A DNA stretch of 24,000 nucleotides, taken from the NCBI RefSeq assembly GCF_036558665.1, contig NZ_DATBFE010000046.1, positions 35,477-59,476 of the forward strand. Reading direction: 5' to 3'. This stretch comes from Reyranella sp. (lineage in GTDB: Bacteria > Pseudomonadota > Alphaproteobacteria > Reyranellales > Reyranellaceae). The notes beneath the pieces were generated by a model that saw only the letters and a program-made list of their open reading frames with translations, was not told where the DNA came from and searched no databases. Position 1 is the first letter of the stretch. Every line of letters starts with the position of its first letter. Positions 4,701-11,253 of this stretch are shown here, piece after piece. The translations under genes were made by a program, and so were the position numbers.

Positions 4701-6749
4701 TCATTCAGCCGCTCGGGCCTCCGTCCACGGACCTACGTCGAGGAAGGTGCTCTGATAGGTGGCCCCTTCGCCGATATCGGTATAGCGGTCCGAGCAGAGC
4801 ATGTTGACGGTCCCGGCCAGCGCCTCGCTCGTCGGACGCTGCCCGGGAACCAGCACCACGCCCGGTCGTACCTCGTCGCTCACCCGCAGGACGAGGCCGA
4901 TCTCCCCACGATCGTTGAACAGGCGAACGTTGCTGCCCTCCGCCAGACCGCGCTCTTTGGCATCGTCGGGATGGAGGATGCAGAATGGTTCGCCTTCGCG
5001 CTTGCGCAGGAAGCCCACGCCGGAAAAGGCGGTGTGCGCCTGGAAATAGCCGGGCGCTGTGAGAAGGCGCAACGGCCACTTGCTGCCGTCGGCTTCCTCG
5101 ATCGGGTCCTGGTTCCAGTCCGGCATCGCCGGCAGGCCCTGCTTGGCAAGCTGCTCGGAATAGAACTCGAGCTTGCCCGACGGCGTCCTGAAGGGCTGTC
5201 CTTTCCAGTCGTGCGCGATGGGGATGGGCTGTCCCGTGAGCAGCGTCTCTGGATTCGCTTTCGCCGCGGGTCCCGTCGCGCCGTTGAACAGCTCTTTCAC
5301 CGCTTCCTGCGGCGACAGGCCGAAGATCCGGTCGCTAATGCCCATGCGTCGGGCGAGCGCCTGCGCCACGTCGAAATTGGAGCGGGCCTGGCCCCGAGGT
5401 TCGGCCGCCTTCTGACCCCATTGCATCCAGTACGCGCCATAGGCTCGATAGAGATCGTCGGTCTCGAGATAGCTCGCCGCCGGCAGTACGATATCGGCAT
5501 ATTTCGCGGTGTCGGTCATGAAGGGATCGTGGACCACGGTAAACAGGTCCTCGCGCGACAGTCCCTGCCGGACCTTGCGCGCCTCGGGGCAGGTCACCGC
5601 CGGATTGTTGGCCGAAACATAGAGTGCGCGGATCGGCGGGTCCTTCATGTTCAACAGTGCTTCGCCGAGGCGCAGATGGTTCACCATGCGCGAGGTTGCA
5701 GGGCCCGACGGCTTGCGCACGGCGTTGTAGTTGAGATCGCACGAGGCGGCGGTCAGGAGGAGTGCGCCGCCGCCCCTGACGCCGTAGTGGCCGCTCACAC
5801 CGGGCAGCAGGGCGATCGTGCGCAGCGCCTGGCCACCCGAGGCGAGCCGGGTCATGCCCTCGCCGAGCCGGATCAGCGCGGCCTTCGCCTGGCCGTACAT
5901 CGTGGCGAGCTCCTCGATATCGACGACGGCAAGTCCGGTGATCTCGGCTGTTCGTGCCGGCGTGAATTTCGGCAGGATCTCGCGCTCGACCCGGTCGAAA
6001 CCCAAGGTGTTACGGGCGATATAGTCGCGGTTGGCGAGGCCGTCGCGCACCAGGATATGCATCACGCCCAAAGCGAGCGCGGCATCGGTGCCGATCTTGA
6101 TCGGGAGATAGAGGTCAGCCGCCTTGGCGCTGCGCGTGCGGCGCGGATCGATGACGATCAGCGGCATGCCGCGCGCCTTCTTCTGGCCCTCGACGAGGGC
6201 CCAGAAGTGGACATTGGTGGCGGCAAGGTCGGCGCCCCAGGAGATCACGAGATCCGAGTGCACGACCGACTCGGGATCGGCGCCGCCGACCGGGCCCACG
6301 GTCAGGTCCCAGGCGGTCTCGCAGCACGTGTCGCATACCGTGCCGGCCTGCAGTCGGGACGACCCCAAGGCATGGAACAGCCCATTCACCAGCCCGCGGT
6401 TCATCAGGCCCTGATGGGCGGAGTAGGCGTATCCGAGGATAGCGAGCGGCCCGCTCTCGCGGATGAGTGCCTTCCATTTGCCGGTGATCTCGCCCAGTGC
6501 CTCGTCCCAGGAGATCGGTCTGAACAGACCCGAACCCTTGGCGCCGGTACGCTTCAGCGGGGTAGCGATACGTTCGGGCGAATTGACGTTGTCGGCGTCG
6601 CGGTTGACCTTGCCGCAGGCAAAACCCGCCGTGTAGGGATGGTCGGGATCGCCCTGCACGCGGACGACCTTGCCGTTGTCGACATGCGCGATGAGCGAGC
6701 ACATGTCCGGGCAGTCGTGTGCACAGACAACTCTTACGGACTTCACCAC
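4701..6749 (-). CDS. Molybdopterin (bis-MGD) oxidoreductase family protein, cytoplasmic, YoaE/YyaE-like, 682 aa (paralog 1)
   Basis: ORF 4701..6749, GTG start with SD GAGGAGA (6754-6760 on the reverse strand). The N-terminal 4Fe-4S motif is C-x3-C-x3-C...C (VCAHDCPDMCS...FACGK). MopB-type blocks follow (VISWGADLAATN, LIVIDPRRT, GTDAALALGVMH) and there is a C-terminal MGD-binding barrel (RLLTAPGYFQAH...ILHPDDA). There is no twin-arginine signal and no adjacent Fe-S or membrane subunit. Confidence 0.9.
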   Translation of the reverse strand: MVKSVRVVCAHDCPDMCSLIAHVDNGKVVRVQGDPDHPYTAGFACGKVNRDADNVNSPERIATPLKRTGAKGSGLFRPISWDEALGEITGKWKALIRESGPLAILGYAYSAHQGLMNRGLVNGLFHALGSSRLQAGTVCDTCCETAWDLTVGPVGGADPESVVHSDLVISWGADLAATNVHFWALVEGQKKARGMPLIVIDPRRTRSAKAADLYLPIKIGTDAALALGVMHILVRDGLANRDYIARNTLGFDRVEREILPKFTPARTAEITGLAVVDIEELATMYGQAKAALIRLGEGMTRLASGGQALRTIALLPGVSGHYGVRGGGALLLTAASCDLNYNAVRKPSGPATSRMVNHLRLGEALLNMKDPPIRALYVSANNPAVTCPEARKVRQGLSREDLFTVVHDPFMTDTAKYADIVLPAASYLETDDLYRAYGAYWMQWGQKAAEPRGQARSNFDVAQALARRMGISDRIFGLSPQEAVKELFNGATGPAAKANPETLLTGQPIPIAHDWKGQPFRTPSGKLEFYSEQLAKQGLPAMPDWNQDPIEEADGSKWPLRLLTAPGYFQAHTAFSGVGFLRKREGEPFCILHPDDAKERGLAEGSNVRLFNDRGEIGLVLRVSDEVRPGVVLVPGQRPTSEALAGTVNMLCSDRYTDIGEGATYQSTFLDVGPWTEARAAE

Positions 6750-6806
6750 ACCGTCTCCTCAAAGCGGGAAACGGTACTGTAGCAGAGAGCGGAAAGTATT
6801 CCGGCC

Positions 6807-7109
6807 TTACTTCTTCTTGGCGGCGCCCTTAGCCGGGGTCGCCTCCGTCTTGGCACCGGACGATTTGATGCCGGCGCCCACGGCGGAACCGGCAGTGCCG
6901 GTCATGCCGAAGCGATCCTTGAAGCGCTGCACGCGGCCGCCCCGGTCGACGCTCTGGCGCACGCCCGTCCAGGCGGGATGGGTCTTCGGATCGATGTCGA
7001 GGCGCATGGTCGCGCCTTCCTTGCCCCAGGTCGACTTCGTCTTGAAGGACGAGCCGTCGGTCATCACCACCGTGATCTCATGGTAGTCGGGGTGGATCTT
7101 CTCTTTCAT
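6807..7109 (-). CDS. rpmE: 50S ribosomal protein L31 (Cys-less alphaproteobacterial type) with about 30-aa Ala/Gly/Lys-rich C-terminal extension, 100 aa
   Basis: The internal ATG at 7109 of ORF 6807..7193 gives [68 protein letters not shown], a canonical L31 core. It is followed in frame by [32 protein letters not shown]. Confidence 0.9.
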   Translation of the reverse strand: MKEKIHPDYHEITVVMTDGSSFKTKSTWGKEGATMRLDIDPKTHPAWTGVRQSVDRGGRVQRFKDRFGMTGTAGSAVGAGIKSSGAKTEATPAKGAAKKK

Positions 7110-7235
7110 AAGCTTCTCCAGCGCCTGGCGCCGATTTCCGACCGGCTCGCGCAACAGGGGCGGGTGTATAACGGCCCCGGGGTGTGTCCACAAGCCCGGT
7201 TGTCGCGGCTCGGGCGGACTTGTAGACCGGCCGCA

Positions 7236-7541
7236 ATGACCGATTCAGCCTTCGAAAGCCTGGCCGACAGCCTCCTGACATCCCTGGAGGAAGGTCTCGG
7301 TGATCACGCGGATACCGAGCGGCAGGGCGGCGTGCTGACCATCGAGGGCGAGGCCGGCACCTGGATCGTCAATAAACATGCACCCACCCGGCAGATCTGG
7401 CTGAGTTCGCCAAAGTCCGGCGCCCGTCACTTCGCCTTCAAAGCCGAATCAGGACTATGGCAGGATACGCGCGGGGACGGCGATCTGCTCACGATTCTGT
7501 CCGCCGAACTGGACGTTCCCTTGACATGGCAGCCGGCATGA
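7236..7541 (+). CDS. cyaY: Iron-sulfur cluster assembly protein CyaY (bacterial frataxin), 101 aa
   Basis: The internal ATG at 7236 of ORF 6978..7541 gives [23 protein letters not shown]...[38 protein letters not shown]...[15 protein letters not shown]. This is colinear with E. coli CyaY (F..LAD.L...GGVLTI...IINRQ.P..Q.WL...G.HF). Confidence 0.85.
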   Translation: MTDSAFESLADSLLTSLEEGLGDHADTERQGGVLTIEGEAGTWIVNKHAPTRQIWLSSPKSGARHFAFKAESGLWQDTRGDGDLLTILSAELDVPLTWQPA

Positions 7542-9292
7542 ACCGTTTCGCGGGCCTGAGGCTTCTCGGACCTTATCTGCGCCCACATCGCGGACGTCTT
7601 GCGTTGGCGCTACTGTCCCTGATCGTCGCTGCAGGCACGGTGCTTGCCTTCGGCGCCTGCCTGCGTGCGCTGATCGATCGCGGATTTAGCCAGGGCCAGC
7701 CCGCGGTGCTCGACTATGCGCTGGCCTCGATATTGGTTGTCGCCGCCATCCTGGCGGTCGCTTCGGGCTCGCGCTTCTACCTGGTTTCCTGGCTCGGCGA
7801 GCGCGTGGTGGGCGACTTGCGGCGAGATCTCTTTGCCCATGTCGTCCGGCTCGGTCCGGCCTGGTTCGAGATCAAGCGCTCGGGCGATGTGATGAGCCGT
7901 ATCTCCTCGGATGCCCAGCTCATCGAGCAGGTGATCGGTTCGTCCGCCTCGGTGGCGCTGCGCAACACCCTGATGTGCGTCGGCGGCATTGCGATGCTGG
8001 TCATCACCAATCCCAAGCTCGCGGCCCTGGTCCTGGCCGTCGTTCCGGTGGTGGTGGTGCCGATCATCGTCTTCGGCCGCAAGGTGCGGCAACTCTCGCG
8101 CGAGGCGCAGGCACGCATCGCCGATCTCGTCTCGGAGGGCGGGGAGACGCTCGACGGCGTGCGCACGGTGCAGGCCTTCGCTCAGGAAGAGCGGACGGCC
8201 CGCCGCTTCGGCGAGGCGACCGAACTCGCCTTCGTGGCAGCGATCCGCCGCATCACGCGTCGTGCCGTCATGACCACGCTGGTGATCTTCATCGTGTTCG
8301 CGGCGGTCGGCTTCCTGCTGTGGATCGGCGGACAGGATGTGATTGCCGGCCGAATTACCGCCGGCGACTTGTCGGCTTTCGTTTTCTACGCGGTGCTGGT
8401 CGCGAGCTCGGGTGGAGCGATCAGCGAGACCATTGGCGATTTGCAGCGGGCGTCGGGCGCTGCGGAACGCCTGTCGGAGCTCAGGGCCGAGCCGCCGGTC
8501 ATCCTGGAGGCTGCCCGGCCGGCGATGCTGCCGCAGCCGGTGCGCGGCGCCGTTGCCTTCGAGGGAATTTGCTTTCGCTATCCTAGCCGGCCCGATATCC
8601 GTGCACTCGACCGCTTCGATCTGGCGGTTTCAGCCGGTGAGACTGTGGCGATCGTCGGCCCGTCGGGAGCAGGGAAGACCACGGTGTTCAACCTGTTGCT
8701 CCGCTTCTACGACCCCGAGACGGGCACGGTGCGGCTCGACGGCGTGGATATCCGTGAACTGAGGGTCCATGAGCTCCGTCGCAGCCTGGCCGTCGTACCG
8801 CAGGAGCCCGTGCTTTTCACTACGACCGTCGCCGACAATATTCGTTACGGGCAGCCCGAGGCTTCCGAAGCCGAGGTGAGGGCGGCCGCCAAGGCGGCGT
8901 CGGCCCTCGGATTCATCGAAGCACTGCCCCAGGGCTTTGCCACGCATCTCGGGGCCCGTGGCGTCCGGCTGTCCGGAGGCCAGCGGCAGCGCATCGCCAT
9001 TGCCCGCGCCTTGCTTTGCGATCCGGCTGTCCTGCTGCTCGACGAAGCCACGAGTGCCCTGGACGCGGAAAGCGAGCTCGCCGTCCAACAGGCGCTCGAC
9101 GGGCTGATGCACAAGCGGACGACCCTGGTGATCGCCCATCGACTGGCCACGGTGCAAAAGGCCGACCGGATCGTGGTGGTCGATGCCGGACGGGTGGTCG
9201 ACGTCGGCAGTCACGCAGAACTCGCGCGGCGGGGCGGCCTCTATGCCCGGCTGGCGGAGTTGCAGTTCAATCTCTCGGCCGCAGCCAGCTGA
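7538..9292 (+). CDS. ABC exporter, fused transmembrane + ATP-binding half-transporter (ABCB-type), 584 aa
   Basis: Part of ORF 7457..9292. I place the start at ATG 7538, which overlaps the cyaY stop as ATGA. ATG 7526 is an alternative; 7457 is unlikely. The N-terminus [26 protein letters not shown] is typical of this family. There are six TM segments, Walker A GPSGAGKTT, signature LSGGQRQR and Walker B LLLDEATSALD. Confidence 0.9.
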   Translation: MNRFAGLRLLGPYLRPHRGRLALALLSLIVAAGTVLAFGACLRALIDRGFSQGQPAVLDYALASILVVAAILAVASGSRFYLVSWLGERVVGDLRRDLFAHVVRLGPAWFEIKRSGDVMSRISSDAQLIEQVIGSSASVALRNTLMCVGGIAMLVITNPKLAALVLAVVPVVVVPIIVFGRKVRQLSREAQARIADLVSEGGETLDGVRTVQAFAQEERTARRFGEATELAFVAAIRRITRRAVMTTLVIFIVFAAVGFLLWIGGQDVIAGRITAGDLSAFVFYAVLVASSGGAISETIGDLQRASGAAERLSELRAEPPVILEAARPAMLPQPVRGAVAFEGICFRYPSRPDIRALDRFDLAVSAGETVAIVGPSGAGKTTVFNLLLRFYDPETGTVRLDGVDIRELRVHELRRSLAVVPQEPVLFTTTVADNIRYGQPEASEAEVRAAAKAASALGFIEALPQGFATHLGARGVRLSGGQRQRIAIARALLCDPAVLLLDEATSALDAESELAVQQALDGLMHKRTTLVIAHRLATVQKADRIVVVDAGRVVDVGSHAELARRGGLYARLAELQFNLSAAAS

Positions 9293-9308
9293 TGTGTCAC
9301 TATTATGA

Positions 9309-9337
9309 TTGAATTTCAGAGCATTGAAGGTTATATT
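9309..9337 (+). promoter_or_regulatory. Near-consensus sigma70-type promoter TTGAAT-N17-TATATT inside a low-GC island
   Basis: TTGAAT at 9309-9314, a 17-nt spacer, then TATATT at 9332-9337. It points toward the small ORF at 9362/9389 and into the 3' end of the convergent acyl-CoA synthetase gene. Confidence 0.3.
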
Positions 9338-9361
9338 TAACAGTATAGTTCATCGTCCGAT

Positions 9362-9556
9362 TTGACACTGACTACATTGAGCTTGGGAATGTTCGCTCGA
9401 TTTCCATTGCACACAGAAGTCTCAGGTCATTCAAAGGCCTGGCAGGATTGGCTCATACGCGCGATCGACTGGTGGCCGGTGGTGTTGATCGGCCTCCTCT
9501 TGTTGCTTGCGGGCTCGCCGGAGAGCAACGCCCAGAGCTTGCTTGGAGCTCTCTAG
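9362..9556 (+). CDS. Hypothetical small membrane protein (64 aa from TTG 9362, or 55 aa from ATG 9389)
   Basis: ORF-track entry 9362..9556. It has one clear TM segment (WWPVVLIGLLLLLAG). The 5' half uses AT-rich codons that are atypical for this genome, and the SD is weak. It could equally be non-coding. Confidence 0.2.
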   Translation: MTLTTLSLGMFARFPLHTEVSGHSKAWQDWLIRAIDWWPVVLIGLLLLLAGSPESNAQSLLGAL

Positions 9557-11193
9557 CTTCGCGCCAGAGCGTTGCGTTCGGCGTCCAGGCGCCGCAGCTC
9601 CCGCCGCAGGATCTTGCCGGTCGTCGTGAGCGGCAACTCGGCCACGAATTCGACCTCGCGGGGATATTCGTGGGCGGCCAGACGGGTCTTCACGTGGGTG
9701 GCCAGATCGGCCTTCAGGGCGTCGGACGGCGCGATCTCCGGCCGGAGCTGGACGAAGGCCTTCACGATCTCCGTTCGTATCCTGTCGGGCACTCCCACGA
9801 CCCCGACCATCGCCACGGCAGGATGCTTCATCAGGCATTCCTCGATCTCGCCGGGGCCGATCCGATAGCCGCCCGATGTGATCACGTCATCGTCGCGGCT
9901 CTTGAAATAGACATAGCCGTCTTCGTCCATGCAGCCGAGATCGCCGGTCAGCAGCCAGTCGCCCGCATATTTGCGAGCCGTTGCCTCGGGATTGCGCCAG
10001 TATTCCAGCATGACGATCGGATCGTGCCGCCAGCCCGCGATCTGGCCTTCCTCACCTCGCGGCAAGACCTCGCCGTCAGGTCCCACGATCGCGACCTTTC
10101 GGCCGGGGCAGGCGCGGCCGCAGGAGCGCGGTCGGACGTCGAACCACTCGGGCGAGTTGAGCAGCATCATGTTCATCTCGGTTTGACCGTAGCCTTCGGA
10201 GATCGTCGTACCGAAGGTCTCTCGGCCCCACGCCAGCAATTCCTCGCCCATGGCCTCGCCGCCGGTGCAGACGGCCCGCAGTTCGTAGGGCCAGCGTGCG
10301 CGAGGCTTGCCTACCTGGCGCATCATCTTGAGCGCGGTGGGCGGGATGAAGCTTACGCCGACATGATGTCTGGCGAGCAACGCGAAGGCACGCTCCGGAT
10401 CGAACTTGGCGAAGCGATGGGCCACGACCGGAGTGCCATAGTACCAGGCGGGAAAAAGTGAATCGTAGAGGCCTGCGATCCAGGCCCATTCAGCCGGCGT
10501 CCACATGACCTCGTTGCCGCGCGGCCAGTGGCTCAGCCATTGCTCGACCGGCGGAATGCAGCCCAAAAGCATGCGGTGGGCATGCAGCGCGCCCTTGGGC
10601 TGGCCTGTCGTCCCGGAGGTGTAGATCAGGAGCGCGGGATCCTCCGCGAGTGTCTCGAGCGTCGTGAACTTGTCGGAAGCCGCGGCGAGCAGATCATCCC
10701 AGTCGAAGAACTTCCGGTCCCGAGCGCCGGCGCCGATCACGACGACGGTGCTGAGATGCGGCAGGCGATCGCGCACAGCGAGCACCTTTGGAAGCTGGCT
10801 CACATCGGTGACGATCGCCGAGGCTTCGGCGTTGGCGAGCCGGTATTCGACCGCTTCCTCGCCGAACAGTGTGAAGAGCGGTAGCACGACCGCACCCATG
10901 CGATAGCCGGCGAGATGACTGATCGTGAGCTCCGCGCCTTGGCTCAGGAACACCGCGAGGCGATCGCCTCTCTTGATGCCCTGGGCGGCAAGTGCGTTGG
11001 CGAGCCGCGAGCTCGCATCGAGGAGCTGCCCGAACGTCCAGTTGCGAACACTTCCATCGGCGTTTTCCACAATCAACGCCAGGCTCTCGCGCGGATGGCG
11101 CTCGCAGACGGCGCGGCCGATGTTGAAACGCTCGGGCTGCGGCCAGCGGAAGCGGCGCATCGCCTCATCGTAGGAAAAACCGTGGCAGATCAT
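9553..11193 (-). CDS. AMP-dependent acyl-CoA synthetase/ligase (medium-chain ACS-like), 546 aa
   Basis: This is the C-terminal 546 codons of the chimeric 917-aa ORF 9553..12306. The start at ATG 11193 (MICHGFSYDEAMRRFRWPQPERFNIG...) is my choice; ATG 11160 is an alternative. AMP-binding motif YTSGTTGQPKGALH, then GYGQTE, and a C-terminal GKILRRELR. Confidence 0.88.
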   Translation of the reverse strand: MICHGFSYDEAMRRFRWPQPERFNIGRAVCERHPRESLALIVENADGSVRNWTFGQLLDASSRLANALAAQGIKRGDRLAVFLSQGAELTISHLAGYRMGAVVLPLFTLFGEEAVEYRLANAEASAIVTDVSQLPKVLAVRDRLPHLSTVVVIGAGARDRKFFDWDDLLAAASDKFTTLETLAEDPALLIYTSGTTGQPKGALHAHRMLLGCIPPVEQWLSHWPRGNEVMWTPAEWAWIAGLYDSLFPAWYYGTPVVAHRFAKFDPERAFALLARHHVGVSFIPPTALKMMRQVGKPRARWPYELRAVCTGGEAMGEELLAWGRETFGTTISEGYGQTEMNMMLLNSPEWFDVRPRSCGRACPGRKVAIVGPDGEVLPRGEEGQIAGWRHDPIVMLEYWRNPEATARKYAGDWLLTGDLGCMDEDGYVYFKSRDDDVITSGGYRIGPGEIEECLMKHPAVAMVGVVGVPDRIRTEIVKAFVQLRPEIAPSDALKADLATHVKTRLAAHEYPREVEFVAELPLTTTGKILRRELRRLDAERNALARS

Positions 11194-11253
11194 GGTGAAC
11201 GGCACTGTATGGCAGGTGGACCATCCCAAGCCAGCGGGAGTATCTTTTTTGCC

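Noticed and set aside
3255-4807. 400-aa (-) and 483-aa (+) ORFs overlapping the MFS gene at 3309-4694.
   Set aside because: They are off-frame or antisense, with extreme Arg/Gly/Asp content and no hydrophobic periodicity. The 3309 frame encodes a canonical MFS protein with a good SD.
4971-6782. 603-aa + strand ORF.
   Set aside because: It is fully antisense to molybdopterin oxidoreductase 1. It has the Arg/Ala/Gly-rich composition typical of open antisense frames in GC-rich DNA and no recognisable motifs.
7457-7537. Upstream extension of the ABC exporter ORF ([14 protein letters not shown]...).
   Set aside because: It lies entirely inside cyaY in another frame and adds an Arg-rich leader atypical of this family. 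The conserved N-terminus begins at [10 protein letters not shown] (7538).
9297-9316. Fur-box-like AT-rich string (CTATTATGATTGAATTT) downstream of the cyaY-ABC operon.
   Set aside because: It is only a partial match to GATAATGATAATCATTATC. It lies downstream rather than upstream of the iron-related genes. Rhizobiales-type iron control is mainly through Irr/RirA.
10915-11253. N-terminal 113-codon extension of the 816-aa + strand ORF.
   Set aside because: It lies antisense to the conserved 5' part of the acyl-CoA synthetase gene. The recognisable molybdoenzyme sequence, with the Cys motif about 30 aa after MSPDD, begins at ATG 11254.
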